Positions 40,055 through 53,475 of a DNA stretch of 64,000 nt are shown piece by piece. The DNA is taken from positions 146,692,001 through 146,756,000 of the forward strand of contig NC_042998.1 in the NCBI RefSeq assembly GCF_006345805.1, written 5' to 3'. Source of the stretch: Octopus sinensis. Taxonomy: Eukaryota. Each line of letters starts with the position of its first letter. Position 1 is the stretch's first letter. The notes beneath the pieces were generated by a model, which had not been told where the DNA came from, made no database searches, and was given only the letters and a program-made list of their open reading frames with translations. The translations under genes were made by a program, and so were the position numbers.

Positions 40055-40231
40055 TATATATATCTATATGTATATATATATATATATATCTATATGTATA
40101 TATAATATATATATATATATATGCATATATATATGCATATATATATATGCATATATATATGCATTATATATATATGCATATATATATGCATATATATATG
40201 CATATATATATATGCATATATATATATATGC

Positions 40232-40287
<56 letters not shown>

Positions 40288-40312
40288 CATACATACATGC
40301 ATGCATACATAT
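38650..40312. repeat. ~1.66-kb compound TA-rich microsatellite
   Basis: 16-bp units (TATATATACATGCATACA-like) grade into (TA)n interrupted by TGCA. Confidence 0.95.
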
Positions 40313-41249
40313 AGAGAGTGTTACCACTAGAATAAGAATAGCCTGGGCAAAGTTTAGGAAGCTTCTTCCCTTACTGGCGACAAAGGGTCTCTCGCTCAGA
40401 GTGAAAGATAGGTTGTATGACGTATGTGTGCGAACTGCCATGCTTCACAGCAGTGAAACAAGGGCTGTGACAGCGGAGGACATACGTAGGCTTGAAAGGA
40501 ATGAAGCTAGCATGATCCACTGGATGTGTAATGTCAGTGTCCATGCACGTCAGAGTGTAAGCGCCCTGAGAGAAATGTTGGGCATAAGAAGCAGCGTGCA
40601 GGAGAGACAATTGCATTGGTATGGTCATGTACTATGGATGGATGAGGAGAGATGTGTGAAGAAGTGCCACTCCCAAACTGTTGAAGGAATCTGGGGTAGA
40701 GGTAGACATGGGACGAGGTGGTCAAGCATGACCTTCGTACTCTGAGTCTCACAGAGGCTATGACGAAAGACCGAGACCTCTGGAGATATGCTGTGACTTC
40801 GAACACCTGACAAATGAAGTGAATTCATGGCTTGCAGGATGGCTTGCTGTGCAAACCTTGGATCGTAAAGGGACCCATTGTTGTTGAGGAGACCCATTGA
40901 GTCAAGTACATCAACATCAAATAAAAATTCAAATGGAAATTGTAGTTAAGACACTCGTGCTGGTGACACGTAAAAAGCACTGTCCGAACGTGGCAGATGC
41001 CAGTGCCACGTAAAAAGCACCAACCAATCGTGGCTGTTTACCAGCCAGCTCTGGCCCCTGTGCCGGTGGCATGTAAAAAACACTCACTACACTCACGGAG
41101 TGGTTGGCGTTAGGAAGGGCATCCAGCTGTAGAAACACTGCCAAATCAGACTAGAGCCTGGTGCAGCCTCCATAGCTTCCAGACCCCGGTCAAACCATCC
41201 AACCCATGCTAGCATGGAAAACGGACGTTAAATGATGATGATGATGATG
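40313..41249 (+). mobile_element. RTE-clade LINE 3' fragment
   Basis: [31 protein letters not shown]..., nearly identical to 29170-29680, then the 3' UTR and (GAT)n tail. Confidence 0.9.
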
Positions 41250-41305
41250 ATATATATATATATATATACATGCATACATATATATATACATACATACATG
41301 CATAT

Positions 41306-41340
<35 letters not shown>

Positions 41341-41389
41341 CATATACATATACATATATATATACACACACACACATACATGATGGTTG

Positions 41390-44300
41390 TCATATTGATT
41401 TTGAGTAGAGCTATTGCCTGACAATTAGAGCAAGAAAATTTGGTTCATGGAGCTGTAAACTATACAATGCCTTTTCAAGACACTTTTCGATCCGCATACT
41501 TTATGACAGAGTATGCATTTGAAATCATCTGTCCATCAATGTGCAGTTGTGCAATGTGTGATTTCATATGGCTCCTTAGCCCAGCCTTACTAAGACAAAT
41601 CTTTCTACATTCATCACATGTAAGATCATCACATTCATTAATGCTTGTTAGAACATCATTCCTGTCACTTTTTATCATCTTTCTTTTGATCTTTGCATAC
41701 TCCATTCTCTTCCTTTCAAATTCATTTTTGCCTTCATACACAATTTTTTTCCATTTTTGTCAACAATGCATTAAATCTTCCCATCGTCAGACAATCTTTG
41801 TACCTCATCTTCATTTTTGGTTTGTGGAATGGATGCTTACTTATCACCAATTCTCCATAAAAAAGTTGATTAGGCATTCTGTTGTCTGTCATTTTGACTT
41901 AGTGTCCACTCCATCTCAATCTGTACTGCAATAGCAAAGCTTCAATACTGAAGCATCTCCCTCTTTCAAGCACCTCATCATCAGTCAAACATTTTCCAGC
42001 TGATCCTCGAAATCCTTCTGAGACATTGTTGATGAAAACGTTCCATATGTTTTAAGTCCTTATGATACACAGTCCAGGTTTTGCAAGCATACAATAAAGA
42101 GGTTAAGATACATGTATTGTATACCTTAGTCTTTGTCGCTGTGGAAATACCATGTCTAGATCATAGGTGGTCTTCTAGTTTGCCAAAAGCAAAACTGGCT
42201 TTGTGAATGCATAGTGACACTTCATCATGAAGATTCGCTGATGTGTTTAGTGTGCTCCTTAAGTCAACAAACTTAGAAACCACAGCAAGTTTTCTTCCAT
42301 AAATCAAGATACCAGGTTCTATGTATGGCATTCCTGGTGCTGGCTGAAACATGACAACAGTTTTGGTTAGACTTATGGTTAAGCCAAGTGCCTCACAAGC
42401 CACTGAAATTACATTCATAAGATTTTGCATGTCCTCTTCAGTATGAGTGACAATATCACAATCATCTGCATAGAGGAGCTCTCTAATAAGAGTTGAGGAC
42501 GTTCTTGACTTAGCTGACAGTCTTCTGGTGTTAAAGATTTTTCCTGTTGTGTGATATTTGATATATATGCCTTCTTGGGAGCCTTTGAAAGCCAACTGAA
42601 AAACTATAGTAAGATAGAGGGTGAAGAGAGTGGGTGCTAGTATATCACCTTGTTTTACCCCATACATGACAGATAGGTTCCAAGAGCTTTCCACTAATGT
42701 TGATCCTTACTTCCATGCCATCATGAAACTGCTTCAGAATAGTGAGAAACTTTACTGGGGATCCAAGTCTCCTCAAGATCTTCCACAAGGAAGTTTAACT
42801 GACAGAGTCAAAAGCCTTAGTAAGATCAATGAATACCTGATAAAGTCCTATTTGCTGTTCCACACACTTTTCCTGTAACTGCCATGCAGAGAAGATCATG
42901 TTAACAGTACCCCTACCATTTCTGAATTCACTCTGTGATTCAGGTAGAATCTCATTAGCCACATATATCTGCAGCCAGTCCAACATTATTCATGAAAAAA
43001 CTTTACCGGCTGTAGCAAGCAGGCAAACACCATGAAAGTTATTCATCCTTTTGTCCCTTACCCTTGAACACAACCTCCATGACTTCCAGTCTTTTGGCAT
43101 AACTTAATTTTTCCATATCTTCTGTATCACTGCTTTCAGCATTTCTAGCAAGTAGTACCCAACAAACTTGGATAGTTCTACATTCAGACTATCAAATCCT
43201 GGTGCTTTGCCATTGTTCAGCTTTGATATTGCTTTTATTGTTTCCTCCACTGACAGGGTGTCATTTAAGCACTCAATGAGTGCATTCTGTGGAACCATAT
43301 CAATACTTTTTCCATCAACAACTGATAGTCAATTCACAAGTTCATTGAAATGTTCATCTCATCGATTTAAGATTTCTTTGGGCTCCCTCAATAAAACACC
43401 ACTCCTCTTCTTCACAGTAGTCAAAGTAGGACATGATGGCCCATACACCTCACAAAGGAAAGTATATAATAACTTAGTGTTCTTAACATTGGAAGCAGCC
43501 TCTATCTCTTCTGCTTTCTTCCACCACCAAGTATCCTGCATGCTTCGCATCTTCCTTTGCACATTTGCTTTTATCTCTTTGAAAAAAGCTCTATTTTGGT
43601 CAGAATCATTTGTTAGTGATGAATGCAATGCTTTTCATTTTCCAACAAATGTTGAATATTTCCATCACTTTCATCAAACCAATCTTGATGTTTTTTTCTT
43701 ATTTATTTAAATTGTATAGTTATCCGCTGAAGTCCATCCACTCATCTGTCCAATCCAGATTTTTGATTTTCTGTTAAAATTCAACTGTTTTATCCTTACA
43801 GAGATACACATTCAGATGCTTAGGGATGCCAGTGCCACTTTGTCTACTTTTTGGCTTCACTACAAACTTGATCTTCCCATGAACCAAGCGATGATCTGTC
43901 CAACATTCTGCTCCCCACATGACCTGCACTATACAAAAATCTCTCTTATCTCACTTTCTAGTTATCATATAGTCTGTCAGATGCCATTGTTTTAAACCAG
44001 GGTGCATCATGTAGTTTTGAACTTAACTTTTTGCTGAAAAGTAGTGCTCATAATAAATAGATTCAGTTCAGAACACATCTGTAATAAAAGTAAGCCATTG
44101 CTGTTACAATTTCCCAATCTGTGTCTTTCAATCACATCCCATGTCTCATGATCATTACCAACTCTAGAATTAAAATCGCCCAATATGATAATCTTATCCT
44201 CGTGTGGAATTTTGCAGATTTTTTTCAGCACATAATAAAAGGAGAACTTTTCATTATCACTTGCATTCATAGTTGGTGCATAAACACTAACAAGTGTTAC

Positions 44301-44510
44301 ATACTGACCTCTTTTTAAAGGCAACCTCAGAAATATCGTTCTATCATTTACACTGTATGGCAATTCCTCTAACTTATCAACCAAGGAGGTTTTCAGAGCA
44401 AAAGCAACACCACTTTCTTTTTGCAATTTTCTTTTTCTTCTTTCCCACTCCAATAAAATGTGGATTTCTCAGTAAAGTTACTTTGCCCAAGAAATCTAGT
44501 CTCTGTAGCA
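41390..44510 (-). mobile_element. RTE-BovB-like LINE, near full ORF but pseudogenised
   Basis: APE endonuclease (SGVAFA..., VSVYAPT, IILGDFNSRVG), RT (KAPGFD, FIDLTKAFDSV, GVKQGDILAPTLF, LLYADD) and a C-terminal C2H2-like CDECRKICLSKAGLRSHMKSH, broken by stops and frameshifts. Confidence 0.9.
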
Positions 44511-44519
44511 TTACTACAG

Positions 44520-45830
44520 ATGTATACGCCCCTGACTTTCTTACCTCATAAAAAATGGATACTTTTTAACAAAAGTTTCTACAAATATAGGGATTTATGG
44601 GAAATAATTTTTCCAAGTAGGTGGACAGAGGAGTTTCAGAAAATTCACACAATCTGACTTTGTTCCATAATAACTTTCAGGAGGATGGATATCTCTTAAT
44701 GAATTTTTATACAAATCCCTTTCAAATGGCATAGATTACGATTATAAAGAAATTTGTGGGGAAAATTTTGGGGGGATATTCTCCATTTTTTTAAAACCAC
44801 AGCCTTCAAAATGATGGGGTTGGAGGGATCTTTGTATGAAAATGTTTTGAAAACATTTTTTACACCCCACCTCCCTCATCAACCCATTCTGGACCTATTT
44901 TGGCCAATTTTTTTTTGCACTTCAAAAACATGGGAAGACCATTTTTGGTAAAAAAAAACGAAAAAAAACATTGTTAATATTTTCAGAGGGAAAAGCGAGT
45001 GATTTAAGGGTGATTTGGCTGTTGTTTCTAGCACATCCAAAGACAACCCTCCTCATTTCTTTATCACTTTCATATGTATTGATGTTTATCCACAGTGATT
45101 TAAAAAAATTACGGAGATGTACTTGCATAGCAAGTGGCTTGATCTGAGATTGTATGCTAAAACAAAAATAATTGCAGCATAATTTGCAAGCCATTCAAGA
45201 ACACACAAAAACCATTAGTTTCACTTCAACATTAAAATTCCATTTTGTGTCAAAATATTTTCATCACTTTAAAACTGCAACCTGTTCACTGACAAAACTT
45301 CACAGTGAACAGCACACACACACACATTCATTACCTTTCATTGGTATGTGTGTGTGTGTCACTGTTGAAGTCGCTCGTGCAGCTTGTTTGTGTACATATT
45401 GGCTTAGTGGTACAGAGTGTTTGAAAACTGTGAATAAGGCGCAAGTTTCGAGTACTTGTCGGGAACATTTTTTTCTCCTCGTCTTCTAATAGTAATTACT
45501 CAACTTTCTAGGCTCTTCTCACAGCTATCCCACGTTCAAAAATTATGAGTATTTTTTAAAATCTTCATTCAATAAATAATGTTTTTACATTACATATACA
45601 GCGAATTAAAACTTAAAAGAGAAAGTGAGATACTTTGCAAATGAAAATGAAATACCCCGCAGTGAATGCAATGAATAGATTTGTGAAGAACTGGATGCAG
45701 TGAATGTAATGAATTTTAATTTGCAAGAAATTGGAGTTTAAAAAAATTCAATAAACTTGAGACATTGAAATTATAGGAAATTTCTTAGAACACAAATTTA
45801 TAAAAATATTTCCAGACGGTCAACCCTTTA
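44520..45830. mobile_element. Probable non-autonomous DNA transposon, unclassified
   Basis: An abrupt sequence change truncates the BovB-like LINE 5' end. The stretch is non-coding and rich in A/T tracts. Termini not firmly established. Confidence 0.3.
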
Positions 45831-45919
45831 ATAATTGCTTTCTTTTAGTACTTTTAGTAAATGTTACACACCTAATTAATAAGCAGCTTTCTCCATTATA
45901 GCACAGATACCTACATATA

Positions 45920-46296
45920 TCTAATATGATAAATGCGAAAATTAATTTCTGTGTATCACACTTTGAGCCCACCAATCTCACTATTCAATGACACTTCCTT
46001 GTGCTGGGGTGAGAGTAATAGTAGGCATAGAGACAGTGAGGGTGGAGGTGAAGATAGAGAGAGAGAAAGAAAAAGAGAGGGAGAGAAAGAGAAACAAAGA
46101 AATTTAGGGAGAGTTGATGATGTTTCATTAAAAGTAGTAGTGTTGATGGTGGCAATGGGAGAGAGAGAGTGTGGATATGTGAGATAAAGATGGAGATGAT
46201 GTACAACTTTCCTGGAGAGAATTCCCTGTGGCCAGCATACTGAACCAACTATTGAACACTATCATTTTTCCCTTATTTTTTGCTTTTTTTAATATG

Positions 46297-46352
<56 letters not shown>

Positions 46353-46678
46353 TCAGTGTGTTACACTTTTTCAACTCTACTCCTAGAGACCATAGCCCAA
46401 CATATCATACCATTTTGGAATCAGGCTGACTTCGTGAGTAAATTAAAAATATTCCAGGCCAAATCCAGACCTGCAATCCTCAAATTTTGGATCCCTGTTT
46501 ACATTACTGTGATTGTTTCTGGCAAATTCTTTTACGTGATTTTTAGTTATGAAAGCAATTGCAACTAATTCTCCAAAACAAGTCAGAGATCTGTCTGCAG
46601 ATTTTCCCCTTTGGGGTTAGTTGCTTAAAAGCTACATACTAGTGTAAAAGCTGCCCGATAGGGTGGCTTTTAAGCTAG
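45920..46678 (+). mobile_element. Non-autonomous Helitron
   Basis: A|TCTAATATGATAAATGCGAAAA start (related to the 25288 start), hairpin AAGCTGCCC-GATA-GGGTGGCTT, then AAGCTAG|T. Confidence 0.7.
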
Positions 46679-47029
46679 TATATATATACATATATGCATA
46701 CATACATACAATGTACTTCTTTCAGTTTCTGTCAACCAAATCCACTCAAGATTTTGGTGGGCCCAAAGCTATGGCAGAAGACACTTGCCAAAGTGCAACA
46801 CAGTGGGACTGAACCAGGAACCATGTGGTTGGAAAGCAAACTTCTTACCACACAGCCACACCTGCACCTACACACATATGGGCTTCTTTCAGCTTCTGCC
46901 TACCAAATCCACTTACTCAAGGTGCTATGTACTGGACTGGAAACCATGTGGTTGGGAAGCAAACTGCTTTATCATATAGCTGCATGTTTCTTCTTACTGT
47001 CTTGTGAGTGCGCAGTAAAGACGTGTAGG

Positions 47030-48330
47030 TGATAACCAGAATTTTTTTACGTATTTGTGTAGTATGTTTGTGTTGCTACACATGATGTTAGTTGTATTTG
47101 ATGTTCTTTGGAGCTGCTGGTGTGAAGGGAGGTGGGAGAAATGGTGTGAGCTATTTTTAGGTTTGTTTGGAGTTAGGTTTCTAGGTGGTTGATATTATGG
47201 TGCAGCTATGTCTCTAGAACAGTAGGAGGAAGTGAGTATGATGTCTTCATATGAGGCTGGGTGTTTGTTTTGTGGGGGAGTGAGAAGGCTGTGTAAATAT
47301 GAGTAAATAAAAATGAATGTGAAGTTGGGTCCTTGAGGTTTTATATTTGGCAAGTTACAGATTGATGTATTGTTACTGTATTCTGTACAGTCTTGCTGAT
47401 CTGAGAAATAGTTGCTAACCAAATTATTTTGTTATTTTTTAAGAAAATATTTAGTATTTTTCTAATGAATGAGTAGCTAGGAATGGCATCAAACAGTTTG
47501 CTAATATCAAGGGTAGTTAGAATGTTGCATGTAGGAAAAGGAGAAGGAGGAGGTTTTTTTAGCTCAGTCTATCAGATTTTTTTATATGAAGCTTGTGAGT
47601 AGTGATATAATTGAATATACTAGTTGTAAGTTGTGAACAGGAATATGCATGTCGAAGGAGAAAGAGGAATGCATGGATTAGTGATGTCAACAATGACTCT
47701 TTCTTGAATGTTTGACATAGGAAGGTAATAGTCTGTGCAATACAACAGCAACCAGACTCTTGTTTAGTTTTAGAACAATGATTATACCTGGTTTCTAGAT
47801 TCTGACTAGCAGTCAGTATGACTAAATTGAAGTGAAATAATCACTTAAGCTTTGGCCAGTTTAAATGTATGTTTCGGCTTTTGTTTAGCCAAATCTTTGA
47901 GTTTTTACATTTTTCTCTTGCTTTTCTGGTATTGATGGAAAGAAAGTGATAAGGATATGGGCTAGAAGAAATATGCTCCTGCTTCTGTCTTCTTAATGTT
48001 GTCTTTGTTGACTGATTTTGGCCAAGTGCTTGATAAAAGTTTGAGTCAGTTACTTAAGTTATTATGAGATGGGGGTCAGTGTTGTTTGATAGAACAGTAA
48101 GGATAAGTTACTTGAAGCTTTTATTGTGAGATGGAGTCACTACTGTTCATGTGATCGATTACTTTGCTTTTGTTATTTTCTTATAAAACAATCAGATTAA
48201 GATGGCTCACTGTCCTTAAAGTTTGTAGGCTTTTTGAGATTAATGAGATTTTTGTGGCTGATAATAAACTTAAAAACCTGCAAGCTAATGTTTTAGGCGA
48301 AACAGAGGAGGTGCATGGATGAAATTGAGA
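47030..48330 (-). mobile_element. Highly decayed retroelement remnant (possibly Penelope RT)
   Basis: Strong T/G skew and faint RT-like translation (SFSFDMHILFT) on the minus strand. Confidence 0.25.
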
Positions 48331-48678
48331 TCTAATCTGAATGCTTGCAACAGTGTAACTCTACCAAATGCTTCTGCAATGACAAGGTGATCATACTAAT
48401 ATAGATGGTGTATTAGGTGTATCTCTTAAGTAAAGGATTTTGTTTTGTGAATTCAAATATTTATCACAAATCATCATATGCATTATGAACAATGAGAATC
48501 AAAATGATGATATACATATTCATTCTGTATACGTTAGGGTAGATTCATATGTGAATATGCTAATAACCATTGTTTTTCATATCGGAAGACAATTTACAGG
48601 TGTTTGTAATCCACTCAATTCTAAAATACAACAGCAATTAGCATGTTCATGTTTGAATTTGCTAGAATATATTAAGAA

Positions 48679-50123
48679 CTAGCAGTATCGCCCGGCGTTG
48701 CTCGGGTTTGTTTCGACCTGCTGGAATTGTAATTTTGAAAAGTAAAAATTTTGTGAACATTTTTCTGGTCGAAATACACCGAAAAGTGGCGACACAGCAG
48801 TAAAAAATAGGGATTTTCATAGAAAAAAGCATCTTTTTGATGTAAATAATTTTTGGTGTTAACATGGTCCGATTTGAATTTTATGTTCTACGGAAGGAAG
48901 AGCAACCCTTCTTCTACCATACTCTCAATTTTGGTCAACTTGCGCCGCAGGGTCTCGGAGGAGATAGTGTTAGTTGAAGGTTACCATTCTAGGTGCCTGA
49001 GTAACAACCTCGCGGATTTACAGATAAATGAATTAATTACTATTTTACAGAATAAAATTATATAATTCTTGAAAATTAATTAATATTAATATTTTTTGAA
49101 CAAAGTAAATAATTTTTAAAACTTAAATAATAATTTTTTTTACACAAACGCGAACGGGGAAAAGGGGGTGGCGAATTCGATTTACATACCTAAATTTTTT
49201 CTTTTTCATGACATTGTAGCAAAATAGTAGTGAATTATATAAATACCAGCAGTACATTTTTTTTTCTGGGGTATTTTTTTTCAACCTCGTCACATATTTG
49301 CCCCTTTCAATTTAAACAAAGTCTTAATTAAGCAATTACGGCAGCTTAGCAATGGTTTCAATACAGGCGTGACATCTGTATCTCAATTGTTCAAAACCCT
49401 TCGAATTTTTTCACACGTGATGATATCATAGTGAAAACTTTCAATTACGCGCGCTTATTTCTGTTTTTCACTCTGTCTGTCTCTTTACACACACTAACAA
49501 AAGCACTTCACTTACACACCACACTTTCTGTGTCGCACAACCCATCAAACACACACACACACACACACACACTCACGCACGCACACATGTACATCAATGC
49601 TTTCGGAGTGAAATGTTAAAATATTGAGTTTTCTCGAATTTTGTCTTAATTGGGGGTGAAATTGAAAGAAATATATTATGGCATGAGCGAATGGAGTACT
49701 TTGAAAAATCTTAGGTAAATTCTAATTGAAGAAATTGTGTGAGCAGTAAATGGTTATGTATTTATTTGTTTCTGTTTGCTGTGTTTTTTTATTTTTTGAG
49801 TAGTGGTTTAAATACTTTCAGTTTAGTCTTCCTCAAATCACTCTGTCGCTATTTACTTTCATTTTATTCGTTGCACACTGTGTGTGTGCATTTGCGTGTG
49901 GTGTAAACCAGACTAAGAAAAGCATTTGACACACACACCAGAATGTGAGTTTTCTGTAAATTTTGCTTAATTGGAGTTTAAATTTTAAAAACTGGACCTG
50001 GCATGACGCGATGCATTCTACTCTTAAAAATGCTAGGTAAATTGTAATTGAAGAAATCCTATATTGTAGATTTCTATAACTCCCAAAGGGAGGCAGATAA
50101 AATCTGCCTTTTATAATAAGAGA
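48679..50123 (-). mobile_element. Non-autonomous Helitron
   Basis: The minus strand reads A|TCTCTTATTATAAAAGG ... CCCGAGCAACGCCGGG hairpin, CGATACTGCTAG|T. Inserted between A and T, no TSD. Confidence 0.85.
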
Positions 50124-51516
50124 TAAATACGTATGTCATTGTTTTAATTCTCATTGTTTCAAAATGCCATTTTCTATCATTAATAAACCTGTCAGCATTT
50201 TTGACGACTTGAGTATGCTAGAGTATTAAGAAGGAATATGTATGTCATCAAAATATTTGCCAGTTTTTTTGGTTTTTCTCTCTATTATTTCCTTAATTTC
50301 TAGGCAATAAGTTTACTTTTGTTGTGTGTGGCATTAACATATATTTCAGATTGTTCTTAGTTCACATTAGTTTATTTCAGTAGGTTCATATGCCTTTATG
50401 TTGCTTTGGGGGATATGAGTTTGTCTTTTGTTGATTTTTTTTTTTTTTGTGGAGGGAGAGTGTTTCTGATGTATTTTGTTGAAAGAATGTACTGTTGCAT
50501 CTATGTTGTGATAATGATGAACAAGTGATCAAAAGAGAAACTGGGAATTATTCACTATATAGTTATGATAGAGAGTTGTGTGGCAAAGTATTATTGGTGA
50601 TAACAGGATATGTGATTGTGTTAGCGTGTACTATATAGCATATAATGGGAGGTTAGTTATGATGTTATTTGATATAGTTTTGTACCAAAGTGGTTTACAT
50701 TGAAGTTTCCTCAATAACAATGTTAGGGAGTACATTAAGATAATTTAATTGGGTGCAGGTATTGTGTAAGAATACATGACGGGAATTGAGCAGCGTAAGG
50801 TCTTAAAAAGCTTTAAATGACTAGTTTAGCTACTTATCCATTCAGATAATTAACTTATAACTTGTTGAGCATACGAGTAAGAATTAAGAAAATATAAACG
50901 AATTTTAACTATTGTAGTATCAACATTGAAATAAAGCATTTTCATCAATTATGTCAAATAGAGCTGATCTGAATTGAACAACAGTCAAATCTCTCTCAAA
51001 TCAAACCACATTATCTTAAACAAGGAGTGACACATTGAGTAATAAAGTGATAGTTATCCTTTAAAAGATAGGATAGTCATGGCTGGAATGCTTTTGATAA
51101 TAGATTTGCTCAAGTAAGATTGACATGGGTCTAAATAACAATAACTGGCAATGCAGCATCAGATATCATTATAACTGAAATACAAGTAATGAAATAAAAG
51201 CTTTTATTTTAATTATAGGAGGAGGGGTACCCATGATCTCTGCAGGCATTCACAGACTGGTGCAGTCAATGAAGTTAATGTAGCAAATAATGGAGTAAAG
51301 TATTTAGGGTGAAGCTACAGGGTGAGAGACAGCAATGATCATGAGAATGGGAGAGGCAAGTTCAATGAATGTACTTAGGTGGGGGTGATATGTAGCTTAA
51401 GAGTTTAGATAGAATACTTTGTAGTAGTGATAGATGAGGTGGGGAAGGGAAACAGTATCTGGAAAGGGAGTGTGTTTTGCTAATTAGCTAGATAGACATT
51501 TTTTATGCAATCAAAA

Positions 51517-51552
<36 letters not shown>

Positions 51553-51569
51553 TAGTAGTAGTAGTAGTA

Positions 51570-51608
<39 letters not shown>

Positions 51609-52739
51609 CTGTAGCAGCAGCAGCAGCATTATCATCTCAGTATGAACCAAATTTGAACTTTATAGAGGATCAGTACCTGATCAGTGCTGAAGTATTTTCT
51701 AGAACTGAAGAAGCCTAGTCTCTTTGGGATACAATTTTGGGAACATTTTATATATATATATATAAGTGGTTGACACATGGGATCATAAAATACTTTGAGG
51801 TCTAGTATTTGTAGAGATATGAGGTTTTAGATGTATGTTATTCACATACAGAAAGAGTGTATTACAAGACAATTTCCTTGATACATCCTATGACTCTGCC
51901 TTGGTGCTATGAAGAGGACTAGATTGTTGTGACTGTTTTGAAGGATGCTTCCAAGTTCTCTGTCCATGGAAACAGTGCAAATCAGAATTGTGATATTTAA
52001 GTAATGTGTGGATGAATGTTGTACAGGAGGTTAAGAGGAATAAAAGTATCAACATTTTAGGAATTTATATGGTTAGACATAATTACAAGTAGGCTATAAA
52101 TCTACAGAAGGAAGAGCATGACAGACATAACTAAATACTGATATTGAAACTACATACCTTTGGTATCATCACTTCATTTTAAATAGTGATCAAGATCAAC
52201 CATTGTCAGTAGAATTTTTATTTATTGCTAAAAATTTGTCAAGATTAAAGTGTTAGCATTTAATATAAAAAGAGACTGATTTAATAAAAAACCCCTTAAT
52301 CTTTTAAGGAAAATAATTTAGTCCACATAAGATATAAAAACCATAGCTGTCACTTATTAGTGAGTATTAAATGGTAATACATATTACTTTCACTAATTGT
52401 TTTAGGTCCTGATGTTGTTGAGAATAGACATTGACAACTCACAGTCCTTTCATTCTAAATGCAGTAGACATCAACAATGTGAGAGCTGGAAGGTGAAAGG
52501 GCTGCACCAGCACTAGGCTGGTATTAATTTTCATTTGAGTAGACTGGGGTAATGTGAAATGAAACACTTCCCTCATGGTTACAGCATGATCCCTGATCCA
52601 GGAATCAAATCCATGATCTTATAATCCTGAGTTAAACACTCTAACCACTAAGCCATGTACCTTTTCAGATAAACTAGATAGCCAATTGGTTTTTTTTGCT
52701 GGTAAACTATATCCAGGTCTCATTCTATTAACTTGAACA

Positions 52740-53475
52740 GGATCTTTTCCTTTTGAATGGCAGTTTTCAACACAGTTAACTAAACACTTTTAAACTGGTA
52801 GAATGTGTTTATGAAACATCATTTTTTCTTGGCTTTATTGAGAAAATTCTATATGTTGTAACATATTTCATCTTTAATTTCGAGCATTTCGGCAATTTTA
52901 ACGAATCGCTGACCTCCATTTAGGTAAATAACATTCTGTGCATAATGAATATGTCCCTCCTTTAAGAAACAGATTGGGTTTATTTACATTTGTGAAGAAA
53001 AAAGATACCCTTCCCCCACCCCTAACCCTAAATCTAAAATAGATTGAAATGCAATAGATCGATACTAGGGTTATAATTATGGGTGACAATTTCATACGAC
53101 ACCGCTACGGAAAATGGGATTTTTTTCTAGCGGTGTCAAATGAAAATGTCACCCATAATTATGGCCCTAGTATCGATCTATTGCATTTCAATCTATTTTA
53201 GAGTCAGGGTTAGGGGTTGGAGAAGGGTATCTTTTTTTCTTCACAAATGTAAATAAACCCAATCTGTTTCTTAAAGGAGGGACATATTCATTATGCACAG
53301 AATGTTATTTACCTAAATGGAGGTCAGCGATTCGTTAAAATTGCCGAAATGCTCGAAATTAAAGACGAAATATGTTACAACATATAGAATTTTCTCAATA
53401 AAGCCAAGAGAAAATGATGTTTTATAAACTTTTTAGAAATTATGTTACAAAGTGCCGTTCAAAAGGAAAAGATCC
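52740..53475. mobile_element. Foldback-type DNA element, almost entirely inverted repeat, with an 8-bp TSD
   Basis: CTTGAACA|GGATCTTTTCCTTTTGAA ... TTCAAAAGGAAAAGATCC|CTTGAACA. Arms at about 52740-53107 and 53128-53475. Confidence 0.92.

Noticed and set aside
38614-40745. Long Tyr/Ile/His/Met-rich ORFs (up to 451 aa)
   Set aside because: They are translations of (TA)n microsatellite that lacks stops. Only the final part derives from a LINE.
52158-52230. Possible exon ending AGT GAT GAT ACC AAA G|GTATGT on the minus strand (SDD motif)
   Set aside because: The phase and surrounding residues do not match the DAGL first exon, and there is no clear acceptor or ATG in that frame.
53015-53216. Interstitial telomere or chromosome fusion site
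   Set aside because: There are only about two TTAGGG units per arm, and their head-to-head arrangement is explained by the foldback element.
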